Shown here: in pieces, positions 36,946 to 48,607 of the stretch
How positions within the stretch are numbered: position 1 is the stretch's first letter
Layout: every line of letters begins with the position of its first letter
Origin: Octopus bimaculoides
Lineage: Eukaryota
Direction of reading: 5' to 3'
DNA: 64,000 bases
Assembly (NCBI RefSeq): GCF_001194135.2
Contig: NC_068983.1
Coordinates: 31,755,858-31,819,857 of the forward strand
The notes under the pieces: model-generated
What the model saw: the letters and a program-made list of their open reading frames with translations, nothing else
The model's database searches: none
What the model was told of the DNA's origin: nothing
Made by a program: the position numbers and the translations under genes

Positions 36946-39649
36946 CACAAGGCTAGCAATTTTAGGGTAGGGGTAAGTTGATTACATTGCGCCCCCCACC
37001 CCGGTGTTCAACTAGTACTTATTTTATCATTTTATCAACCCCAAAAAGATGAAAGGCAAGCTCAACCTAGGCAAAATTTGAATTCAGAACATAAAGATGA
37101 GCGAAATGCCTCTACGCATTTCATCCAGTGTGCTAATGATTCTGCTAGCTTGCCACCTTATTTTACTATATAAATATTTGAAACCATTATTGTTAATATT
37201 ATCATTATATTCTGATTATGGCACTAATACAATAAGTAGAGCACTGGGTTCAATACTACTGCAGCATCTTGAGTGTCTTCTACTAGAGCCCCAGACCAAC
37301 AAAAGTTTTGTGAGTGGATTTTGTAAACAAAAACTGAAAATATTTGGGTTGATCTGTTTAAATTTATGGTGGTGCCCCAGCATGGTCACAGTCTAATGAC
37401 TGAAACAAGTAAAGGATAAAAGATAATGGTAATGATGGTCACAGCAGCAATGATGATGATCCAAACATCAACTTAATAATGAGAATGCTAATTATTTTCA
37501 AAATCCATCCTACTTCTTAATTATCTTCAATATTAACTGAAACAAATAGGCAGCATATTTCATTAAAAATATGATCACAAAAGAGTTTTAAAAGAAGTTA
37601 GAGTTATTGAGACTATAGGGACCTTTAGAGTCAACATTTTTTCAAGAAGACAAAAGGAAATCTATACCTGGTCACTCGAACTCCTAGAAATAGCAGCCAA
37701 GTTTCTCTTGAATAACACTACAATCTTAAAGATGGTCTCATTAGGAAATGTAGTCTACTGTACACAATGTCTGAAAAAACAGATGAGGACAATTACAGCT
37801 GGAGTGCTTTTGATCATAGAGCTACTTGATCAGGAATACTTGTTTTAAAGTTTTTTTTTTCTCTCCTCTCTTTGTCACTCATTCAGTCACTCAGCCACTT
37901 CCACTCATATATGCAGAACAGTGACACAGCTGGATATTTTTTGACATTGCAAGTTAAAACAGTCATACAAGTATACTTACACATATCAGTAAAACAGAGT
38001 CTTTGGTTACCATTGTTATCGTTGTTTGAATATATTGTTAACCATAAATTATTCATAATCTCCCAAGTTCTCTTTTCTTTCATAATACTTTCTCTCTCTC
38101 CCCCTCATCTCTTTTTCCTTCTCTCTCTCTCTCACACACACACATACATGCACACATAAGAAGTAAATCAATTTTCTATTGATTGCAACTTCCAGTTGTT
38201 AGATCAACTAAACCACTACATATTGAATTATAACATGACTGAGTATTCCAAAGCTATGTATCCCGGTAACAGTTCGCATACAGGGTGTTTGGGCTAAATT
38301 TAATTTTTTTTTTTTTCTGGACAGCTTAATGTAATGGTGAACATTTAACAGTGTTGGAGGGCAAAAAGACTAGAGCTGTGGTTGAGCGAAAGTTAGCTGA
38401 CATGGAGGATTGGAAGTTATGTGACTATTGGAAAAGAGTTTTATGTATCATGGTGACTCGTACTGGGTATCAAAATGTCAATATTGTGACTGTTGTTCAG
38501 TGCTCTGTAAAGTCTGTAAAACATGACATGTACAACTGGAAAACGAACTTAGACATGTCATCATGATTCAATTCATTTCTTATTCAGAGTTAATACTCTT
38601 CTACAGGAACATTTCTTACTCATAGATAACATTTTTGGCATGGTTTTTATAGGTGCTTGCCCTTCTAATACTGATCACTTTCCGAGACAAACATGAATGA
38701 GTGTGTGAACAGAAAGTAATGACCAAGAGTGGGAAAAGGGGAGAGTATGAATATGAGTGTGATGTTAGAGGAAGGATAGAGTATATTTATGTGTATGTCT
38801 GTGTCTATCAGTATAATCTACTGTGTTAAGTTTCATCCCTTTATGTTAAAAACATCACTTAACATTTTGATAGAAATCAATAAAATAAATACCAAACTAA
38901 AATAAATATTTTTAAAGATATATTTATTAATCTTATCTCAACTCTCTAGGTTTAAGTAGTGTGTGTGTGTGTGTGTGTCTTTCTCTCTGAACACAGATAT
39001 TGTTTTTTCCTCAAAGAAAAACATGAAATAAATAGGGCAGATAAAGACTTGCATGCGAGCTGAGTGAGCAACTATGTAAAAGCTCCCTCATCATTGTGTT
39101 GTGCTCAAGATATCTTTCAAAGTAATATACATTTAAGATATAAACCTGTTTAACTCACTGACTCACACTGTTCCCACTTTAATTAGCATTTCATTGTGTT
39201 GTTATTTAACCCCAAATTAGCCTGATTGAGCTGGACACTGATCGAATGTGTTCCAGCCATGAAAAACGTCTACAATACCCAATGAGCCATTCTTTTAAAA
39301 ATAACAGTAGAGTCTGATCTATGGGAATTAGTTGCTATTTCTAACATGTCTTGTCACCACATAGAGACAGCCTCTTACTTAAACCCTAATCCTATTTCTA
39401 AAACCCATCCCATTTAAGCTATGTGAAAATTGAAAGGTGAGTAATATATGAGTCAGAGATAGTGTGTCTGTTAGTGTATACATATATATGTGTGTGTGTA
39501 TATATATATAAAGTGAAAACGTGTAGTAAATGCACAAACAAAAAATAAAAAACATATAATGAATGCACAGGTGAACGGAAAAATGTATATTGAGTGCACA
39601 AACAGATAGAAAACAAAAACATTCCCTAATTCTTCATCAGTTATCAACC

Positions 39650-40254
39650 AGATGGTATTTCTCAGTTTTTTACCATTTTGTCCCTGAAAGGACAAAAGGC
39701 AAAAACAACTTCAACAGAATTTGAACTCAGAATATAAAGGACTGTAACAGATATTGCAAAACATTTTTCTAATGCTCTAACAATTCTGCCAGCTTGCCAC
39801 ACTAATAATAATAATAACAGTAGTTTCAAATTGTGGCACAAGATTAGCAGTTTTCAAGGTTGAGGTAAGTCAATTACATCAACCCCAATTTTCAATTGGT
39901 ACTTACCTTATTGACCTTGTAAGGATGAAAGGCAAAGTCAACCTCAGCAGCATTTGAACTTGGAACATATAGATGGACAAAATGCCACTAAGCATTTTGT
40001 CTGGTGTGCTAACAATTCTTCCAGCTCACCACAATAATAATAATAATAATTCTTTCTACTATAGGTGCACGGCCTGGAATTTGGGGGGGAGGGGACGGAA
40101 CAAGTCAATTTCTTATCAATCCTGAAGAGATGGAAGGCAAAATCAACCTCAGCAGAATTTGAACTCAGAACATAAAGACAGGTGAAATGTCACTTAGCAT
40201 TTTGTCCAGTGTGCTAATGATTCTGCCAGCTCACTGCCCTAATAATAATAATAA
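39650..40254 (-). mobile_element. Head-to-tail trimer of Meta-like SINEs separated by (AAT)n
   Basis: Three copies (about 39650-39800, 39818-40032, 40051-40238), each followed by (AAT)n on the plus strand. Confidence 0.8.
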
Positions 40255-41539
40255 CATGGTGATCTTGAACCTCCTCATGATACCTGATAGAAACAGGTAT
40301 AGCTATGTGATTAAGAAGTTTTCTTTGCAACTGCATGGTTTCAAATTCAGTTCCATTGTGTGGCAAACACACTTGGAGATCAACATAATCAATTGCCTAT
40401 TTTTAGCACTGACATCTGGCCCTTTGGTGGTTTGTCAGAGTACATTGTCACAAGTATTTGATCCAGACCTTTGATTTGAGAATAACCTTTCCCCACACCT
40501 ACAAGCCACAGATAGCCTGATAAAATTAATGAATGGACATTAGTTTCATTCTCTAAGTCAAATGTTTTCAAACTTTTCCTTCCAGCATACCCCTTTATCA
40601 TGTGCATCTGTGTTGGTGTACCTTGTGAAGAATATATTGAAAACTGTTTGGGTGCTGTTGAACAAACAATAAACATGTCTTACTTATTAATGTTATTTAA
40701 TTTAATTTCATTTAATGTGTTTAAATCCTGCTGTGGTCAGCTTTAACTTTCATCTTTCTGAGAGGGGGGGTCAATAAAATAAAGTACCAGTCAAGTACTT
40801 GAGATCAATTTAATTAACTGTTCCCTCCCTCAAAATTTCTGACCTTGTACCTATGTAAGAAATTAGTTTAGATTTAATGAGATGGATGACCTTGGCTTTT
40901 TCTAACATCTAACTCAATTCTAGGTACAGTTTCATAGATACACACCTGCATATCATTGTCAATTAGCAGTCTTAAATGAAATTTGTTTTCACTTAAAACA
41001 TTGTTGGAAACTTTATTCACAAAGTTAAACAGATAAAAACAACAGAAGGCTTTACATGTATTCTCTGTATACACAAGTTTCATTTTGTTGATTTTGATTA
41101 TTTCAAAATTCTAGGGTTTTTATTAGCTTCATATACCCTGTGTCTTTTGTGCATACCCCTGGGGATGCACACATCCTGGTTTGAGAACCTCTCCTTTAAG
41201 TCATGTTTAAAGATATCTATACAAGAAGCCTGTTTAACAAAGTAAGTAGTACATGTCATTTCATAAAATAAATGTCATATTTTTATATAACATAATCGCA
41301 AGTGCAGTATCTCCTGAAACAGGATATTCTGAGTCATATCCTTGCATAAATTTGATTGCTTTAAAAACAGATTAACAACCAGAGTACATGAGATAAGCAA
41401 TAAAACAGAAATAGTGCAGAAGTATAGTAGTTAATGGTGATACATCCTGAAAAGTTGACTCATACCAACTATGTATCCTTTGTAAATACACTACATGAAA
41501 AAAAGCAATAAAACTTTTTTTTTTACCTTATCACTTCAG

Positions 41540-41628
41540 GTTTCAGCCAGATGTGCTATACTGCTGTAGCAAATTTAACTTTTCAAAACCAATCACATCC
41601 TGATCAGAAATTCATGTTTTCAAAAAAG
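41540..41628 (+). CDS. ASH2L: ASH2L exon 6, winged helix (FSQMCYTAVANLTFQNQSHPDQKFMFSKK)
   Basis: Acceptor TTCAG|GT, donor AAG|GTAATT. Matches LKEMCLSALANLTWQ...MFSK. Confidence 0.93.
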
Positions 41629-41911
41629 GTAATTTTTTTTTAACAGTTATCTATATGTTTCCTTGTAATAGTTTGGAACTCAAGACAGCCAATATGAGTT
41701 GTGTGTAAAAACAAAAAGTAATGGTATATGTCAGTGAAACATAAACAGTGATTGGAAAGAGAGAAATAAGTGGATAGTTTGCACATAGTCTGACCAATTG
41801 TAAATTATGATTGATAGTTTAAGATAGGCAACTTCACTTTGGTGTGTTACTACATCATCATCATCATCATTTAACGTCTGCATGGAAAGCGGGCGTTAAA
41901 CGATGATGATA

Positions 41912-42240
41912 ATAAGACTGTGTTATTCAATACAGTTCTATATCTAAGAGATGAGGAATTATGTACATTATTTACATTTGACGGATATTTGTCCTCATCT
42001 TGTTTGTTGTTAACACAACGTTTCGGCTGATATACCCTCCAGTCTTCATCAGGTGCCCATGGACATATGGCGTAGTAGTTAAGAGCGCGGGCTACTAACC
42101 CCAAGATTCTGAGTTTGATTCCAGGCAGTGACCTGAATATTAATAATAATAATAATAATAATAACATCAAAAAATACCTTAGGAATGAGAACCCAGGTTC
42201 AAAATTTCCCCAAGAAACCTGATGATACATTGGAGGGTAT
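41912..42240. mobile_element. tRNA-headed SINE with hammerhead-containing tail, 5' part inverted
   Basis: A box TGGCGTAGTAG at 42068-42078 and B box GAGTTTGATTCC at 42111-42122 on the plus strand. The 3' tail lies on the minus strand, 42056-41912. Confidence 0.7.
42012..42057 (-). ncRNA. Minimal type-I hammerhead ribozyme motif (Penelope-type)
   Basis: GGCAC-CUGAUGA-A-GACUG(gagggtatat)CAGCC-GAAA-CGU-U-GUGUU: intact core, stem I CAC/GUG, stem II with one A-C mismatch, palindromic ACGU stem III. Confidence 0.65.
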
Positions 42241-42989
42241 CATTTAAAGGACACTTGGTTACTGATTTTATCTGGTCAAACAACTTCATGGACTTGTGAT
42301 TTGAAGATTTTTTTTTTTATTCAACCCCACATCAACTTTGGTTCAGCTGGCCCATGATCAAAGGTATTCCATCTGTAACTACTTTGTTTTTTTATGGATA
42401 GTCAAAGATTATAATATCCAGTGCATCTCTTCCTTAATGGTAGTGGCGGGGTGATTACTATTTGTAGCAAGTCAAGTGAATATACTGAGATTCCTGTTTA
42501 TTCCCATATTTTATATCCTAACCTTCTACAGACTAGATTTTCATTTGGAAAACTAGTACAATTGTTTAAGTGGGCTAAAGCAGCTTGTTTTTTGTAAATA
42601 GAGAAATTGTTGTGGTATACAATGTGTTTGGGCATTTTCTATATTGTCCATCTTGTCATTGTATTCCTGCAGGTTCAGCTGTGGACACGTTTGTTTGACT
42701 CAATGGAATTAGCAGCCAAATCTCCCTCACATACTTCCTACAGAAAAAGATAGGATAGTCGTTTCTGCTGATGGTGGATAGCTTTTATCGCCTATGGCAT
42801 AGTTAACCACATGTTAAAGCATGACCTACATATAAGTGCTGCAAACAAGGTATTCCAAACTGCTTCTCAGTTGTGTAGTTGCTGTTGTTCATGATAATGG
42901 TGTTGAAGCTGATGGTAGTAGTTATTTTAGATTGAGTTGATAGTTAAAGTGTTATCACATACATATCTAAAATTATCAGTGTAAGCATA

Positions 42990-43885
42990 TGAAATGTGAA
43001 TACCCGTCAGAGTGTAAGTATCTTGAGAGAAAAGCTGAACATTAGAAGCATCAGTTGTGGTGTGCAAGAGAGACGATTGCACTGGTATGGACATGTGGTG
43101 AGAATGGATGAGGATAGCTGCGTGAAAAAGTGCCACGCCCTAACAGTTGAGGGAACCCGTGGAAGAGGTAGGCCCAGGAAGACCTGGGCTGAGGTGGTGA
43201 GGCAAGATCTTCGTACATTGGGCNNNNNNNNNNNNNNNNNNNNNNNNNNNNNNNNNNNNNNNNNNNNNNNNNNNNNNNNNNNNNNNNNNNNNNNNNNNNN
43301 NNNNNNNNNNNNNNNNNNNNNNNNNNNNNNNNNNNNNNNNNNNNNNNNNNNNNNNNNNNNNNNNNNNNNNNNNNNNNNNNNNNNNNNNNNNNNNNNNNNN
43401 NNNNNNNNNNNNNNNNNNNNNNNNNNNNNNNNNNNNNNNNNNNNNNNNNNNNNNNNNNNNNNNNNNNNNNNNNNNNNNNNNNNNNNNNNNNNNNNNNNNN
43501 NNNNNNNNNNNNNNNNNNNNNNNNNNNNNNNNNNNNNNNNNNNNNNNNNNNNNNNNNNNNNNNNNNNNNNNNNNNNNNNNNNNNNNNNNNNNNNNNNNNN
43601 NNNNNNNNNNNNNNNNNTGTGCGGGTGGCACATAAAAGACACCATTTCGAGCGTGGCCGTTGCCAGTATCGCCTGACTGGCCTTCGTGCAGGTGACACAT
43701 AAAAGCACCTACTACTCTCTCTGAGTGGTTGGCGTTAGGAAGGGCATCCAGCTGTAGAAACTCTGCCAAATTTAGATTGGAGCCTGGTGTTGCCATCCGG
43801 TTTCACCAGTCCTCAGTCAAGTCGTCCAACCCATGCTAGCATGGAAAGCGGACGTTAAACAATGATGATGATGATGATGATGATA
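42990..43885 (+). mobile_element. RTE LINE 3' end spanning an assembly gap
   Basis: ERRLHWYGHVVRMDEDSCVKKC...RGRGRPRKTW before the gap; 3'UTR and (GAT)n tail after it. Confidence 0.85.
43224..43617. other. Assembly gap
   Basis: N run. Confidence 1.
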
Positions 43886-43930
43886 GACGTAATGAATAGT
43901 TGTAAATTTCACTAGGTTATTAAACTCTTA

Positions 43931-43962
<32 letters not shown>

Positions 43963-43965
43963 CAG

Positions 43966-44061
43966 GACATTATTCCCTATATAGATAAGAACTGGGAGAG
44001 TCTGACTACAATGCCACGACGAATTAAACCAACATGGCACACAACTATAGTTAAGACAATG
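43966..44061 (+). CDS. ASH2L: ASH2L exon 7 (DIIPYIDKNWESLTTMPRRIKPTWHTTIVKTM)
   Basis: Long poly-T acceptor, donor ATG|GTGAGT. Matches DIIPFIDKYWECMTT...TWPNNIVKTM. Confidence 0.95.
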
Positions 44062-44149
44062 GTGAGTTTGCGGAGTGATGACGATGAAGTACCATTTAAG
44101 CACTGGGGTCAATGTAATCAACTTGCTTCTCTCCTCAAAATTGCTGGCC

Positions 44150-44360
44150 TTGTGCCAAGAATTAGAAAGGATTATGGCAGTGAACTGGTAGAATTGTTAG
44201 CTTCACATTCTTAGTGCAGATTCCGCCAAGGTTGACTTTGCCTTTCATCCTTTTGAGATCAATGAAATTAAGTATCAGTTGAACACTGAGGGCGATATAA
44301 TTGACTTGCTCCCTTTCCCAAAATTTCAGGCCTTGTGCCTATAATAGAATGGATTATTAT
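44150..44360 (+). mobile_element. Meta-like SINE
   Basis: GGTTGACTTTGCCTTTCATCCTTTTGAGATC...GGCCTTGTGCCTATAATAG. Confidence 0.75.
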
Positions 44361-44564
44361 TATTCTTTACAACTGAGGTTTTGTTGGAACTCCTGGAGTC
44401 TTGCATGCATAGCAGGCTTGCTGTCTGCAGCCTATGGTACCATGCTATCTGTTCTTTTCAACTATCTGATACTTTCATGATTATTCTGGCTGTGCCAAGG
44501 AGGTAAGCCTTTTGTAACAATTCTATTTTTATTATTATTGTTAAAGTAAAATACTGCTAGTGAT

Positions 44565-45240
44565 NNNNNNNNNNNNNNNNNNNNNNNNNNNNNNNNNNNN
44601 NNNNNNNNNNNNNNNNNNNNNNNNNNNNNNNNNNNNNNNNNNNNNNNNNNNNNNNNNNNNNNNNNNNNNNNNNNNNNNNNNNNNNNNNNNNNNNNNNNNN
44701 NNNNNNNNNNNNNNNNNNNNNNNNNNNNNNNNNNNNNNNNNNNNNNNNNNNNNNNNNNNNNNNNNNNNNNNNNNNNNNNNNNNNNNNNNNNNNNNNNNNN
44801 NNNNNNNNNNNNNNNNNNNNNNNNNNNNNNNNNNNNNNNNNNNNNNNNNNNNNNNNNNNNNNNNNNNNNNNNNNNNNNNNNNNNNNNNNNNNNNNNNNNN
44901 NNNNNNNNNNNNNNNNNNNNNNNNNNNNNNNNNNNNNNNNNNNNNNNNNNNNNNNNNNNNNNNNNNNNNNNNNNNNNNNNNNNNNNNNNNNNNNNNNNNN
45001 NNNNNNNNNNNNNNNNNNNNNNNNNNNNNNNNNNNNNNNNNNNNNNNNNNNNNNNNNNNNNNNNNNNNNNNNNNNNNNNNNNNNNNNNNNNNNNNNNNNN
45101 NNNNNNNNNNNNNNNNNNNNNNNNNNNNNNNNNNNNNNNNNNNNNNNNNNNNNNNNNNNNNNNNNNNNNNNNNNNNNNNNNNNNNNNNNNNNNNNNNNNN
45201 NNNNNNNNNNNNNNNNNNNNNNNNNNNNNNNNNNNNNNNN
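44565..45240. other. Assembly gap
   Basis: N run. Confidence 1.
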
Positions 45241-45275
<35 letters not shown>

Positions 45276-46158
45276 CACACACACATAACATATAGCTATC
45301 ATCTACAAGCAAAGTATGACTAGTAACATGTACTCTGCTTTTACTAATTGTTTTAGATGCTCGTGTAGTCACGAGCTCACATAGATGGCCACTCCTTGAC
45401 ACTACAGCTGGGAGGAGACAATGATGCACTAACACTTATGTTTGCATGCAGTGGTCTTACTCATAGTTGTGTCAGCTTCCATCATATATATACACTCAAC
45501 TGGAACTAGGTGCAGCTCACCGGCCCTAGCCAAGCTGTCCAACCCATGCCAGCATGGAAAACAGATATGAAATGGTGATGATGAATATATCATAGTGTTA
45601 ACTGTCAGAATAAAGAGTACTTAGTATCATAGTTGAGATTAATAATTTATTTTATTTTGGTTGAGTTGCTCCTTTGTTACTCAGTTTCACTTGTGAGTAC
45701 ACAGGGTCTTCGAGCAACTTCCTGCTGACTTGTAATTTGCCTGAAGACCCTGTGCACTCACAGGTGAAACTCAGAGTAACAAGAGATTGACTCAACTAAA
45801 ATATAATTTACTGTGTGTGTGCACACACACATCCATACATATATATGTGTGTAACTTGACTGACAAAAACTTAGTGTAGGCCAAAGATGAAGGTCACTGT
45901 ATAAAGAAGTGACATGTATATAGATATATATACTATGTAGATAACACATCCCCCACCTCCAGTGACATGCCTTGTCCCATTCAACACTACTCATTGTCAC
46001 ACTACTTTGTTACCAGTTAAATGGCTCCCCTTCTCTCTAGATATACAGCATAATCCTTCTGTCCAAGAATCCTTCACATTGGGAAGGATATAAACTAATA
46101 GAACTATAAGAAAAGACAAGTAGTAAAATTTTGTTTTTACTTTCTGTTACTGTTATAG

Positions 46159-46230
46159 ACCAAAGACGCTGATATTTTTATGTGCAGTGAAGAAATTCCT
46201 GGAGATCCTCATTTTGGCCTTGTAAATTCT
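46159..46230 (+). CDS. ASH2L: ASH2L exon 8 (TKDADIFMCSEEIPGDPHFGLVNS)
   Basis: Acceptor TATAG|A, donor TCT|GTGAGT, phase 0-0. Matches SKERDVF...PKFGLL. Confidence 0.88.
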
Positions 46231-46299
46231 GTGAGTACTTCATATTGTTTATATATACAGTATATATATCATATTTCTTTCTTTCTTTCTTTCCCACTC

Positions 46300-46342
<43 letters not shown>

Positions 46343-47390
46343 TTTATCCCTTTCTCTCATAAACCTTGGTTTATGTAAATCTGGTTTTCAAGCATTTTTT
46401 ACTCTTGGACCCCTTTGATTCCTTTTTTTTTACTCAAGTGGACTCTCATAGCCATTTGATGTTTAAAAGAGACTTTATTGTATATCTATAATTAAATATT
46501 ATTAGAAATTGCATTAAAAAAATTGGTAAAATATTTTGTGTATTGTGGAAGGATAACAAATTTATTGCTCATAAATTTTAAGAACAAAATCTTATATGGA
46601 TCCCCAAGGGCCATACAGACCCCAGATGGGACCCACTGATGTAAATGAATGATGAACATGGAAAAATAAAAATATCAAAAGAACTAGAATTCAAGGAACC
46701 TGGATAGTGATGGTGGTCTGTATCACCAAAAAATTGATAAACATAAGAAATATTTGTTTGCCTTGAGAAGAAGCAAGTGCTAATGCCCATATCTTCAATG
46801 ACAATCCCTTATCTAAAACTTCAGAGTGCACTCTTTTCAAGGAAAATTGAACAAAGTACTAGGAGTGTTACTTGCTGATAATAAATTTATCTTTTCATCT
46901 AAATTCAGTTATTTTAATGATTTATAAAAATGTAAAAAACACTGACATCATGAAACAAATAAATTTCATAAGAAAGATTATGACAATACTGCAGTGTAGA
47001 AGGGGCAGGGGCTTCTGATAAGCCAAATCTGCAACCTGCTTTTGATTCCTGTGAATGTTGTTGTTGCTGTAGGTCAAAACTGATCAAGCAGACTTATGCT
47101 CAGCTGTACTATCCCGTGGCAGTGTATTGAGAGCCTTGATATCCAGTTCGTCCCTTTTTTTAGGACTGTAGAGTTGATGGTAATTTGGCTGCTATTTCTA
47201 GCAAATCAAGCAACTTTGTGAAGGCTCCCTTAATTCGAAGAGTTGTATGTAGGATGGGGATTGCAGGATTTGGCAGAAATTACCACATTTACCTTGTTTC
47301 TCAGTTTTTTTTATATATTTAAGTATAAGTTAATGTAATATTTATGTACTTAACATTCTTTTTCTCTTTCTGTTTGATTTTTGATTAAAG

Positions 47391-47490
47391 GACTTGGAGA
47401 AAATTAGTCCAAATTATGACCTTATAAAGAGTATCATTATGAACAAAGGTGCTGATCCAAAGGGCAGCAGTGGTTTATCAGAAGGGCCAA
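47391..47490 (+). CDS. ASH2L: ASH2L exon 9 (DLEKISPNYDLIKSIIMNKGADPKGSSGLSEGP)
   Basis: Acceptor AAAG|G after a pyrimidine tract, donor A|GTGAGT. Matches DLSNIGPAYD. Confidence 0.88.
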
Positions 47491-48454
47491 GTGAGTGAAT
47501 CTGTTTTTGCATTAAACTAGTATGAGAAGTAAAAATGTGTGTGGTAGGTGTGTATGTGTTCTTGATATATTTATATATTTGTTTACACATGTATATCCAA
47601 GTTGTCCAATCCAAATTTCTATCACTCTTTTCATGTTTCTTTGTCTGTCTATAAGTGTACATGTTTGCTTACATGCTGTTATATATGTCTCACAATCTAT
47701 CTTCCTGCTTGCTGATCTCCCTGCATGTCTTGTGATCTATTCGCATATCTGCCTGCCTCCCCCCTCTCTCTCTCTCTCTCTCAGCATGTCTATCTAGTAC
47801 TCTCCAAAGCACCTAATTCAAATATAGAACTACTATCTATTTATGACCCAAATATTTTAGTTTACAATTTTTTTAGCAGTTGAGAACAACTATCTTCATG
47901 TTAAACAGACAATAAAAATAGTCTCCATTATATCAGACTAGCAGAAAGACCGCCCTCCAGGCAGTTTTCTGCCAGCCCCTTGATAATGTTTTCACATTTG
48001 ATTTTTATATAATTTTTATATTTCACATCTAATTATTTCTTTGTATAATAGTGCTCACTTGCTTAGTAAATATTGCTTTCATTATTTTATCACAGTCATA
48101 ATCTCTCTTTTTTAAACAAACACCACAGTTGTCCAAAACAGAGGGAGAAGCAGTCTGTCAAGTTTTACCTTCCTCTCAAAGCAACATAGTGATTTCAATT
48201 CAGCAACCCATCAGTAAGCTTTGCAGTGTGTGTGTGTGAGAGAGAGAGTGTGGGAGAACATTACTACAGATGTACACACCCCCAAATTTGCTCATAACAT
48301 CAAAAAAAATGGACACTTTTTGATAAAATTTTCTACAAATACCGCTTCAATATTGTGGCTTCAGACTATGTAGGGATTTATGGGAAACAATTTTTCCAAG
48401 GGGGGGGACAAACACAGACACAAAGACCACACACATATATATGTATATATATAT

Positions 48455-48607
48455 GACAGGCTTCTTTCAGTTTCCATCTGCCAAATCCACACAGGGCTTT
48501 GGTCGGCCAAAGGCTATAGTAGAAGACACTTGCCCAAAGTGCCATGCAGTGGGACTGAATCCCGAACCATGTGAATGAGAAGCAAGCTTCTTACCACTCA
48601 GCCACAC
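48455..48607 (-). mobile_element. CORE-like tRNA SINE, 5' part
   Basis: Same family as 15797-16177. Confidence 0.75.

Noticed and set aside
42061-42135. tRNA gene (ACT anticodon loop)
   Set aside because: Acceptor and anticodon stems are disrupted and it continues into SINE body; it is a SINE head.
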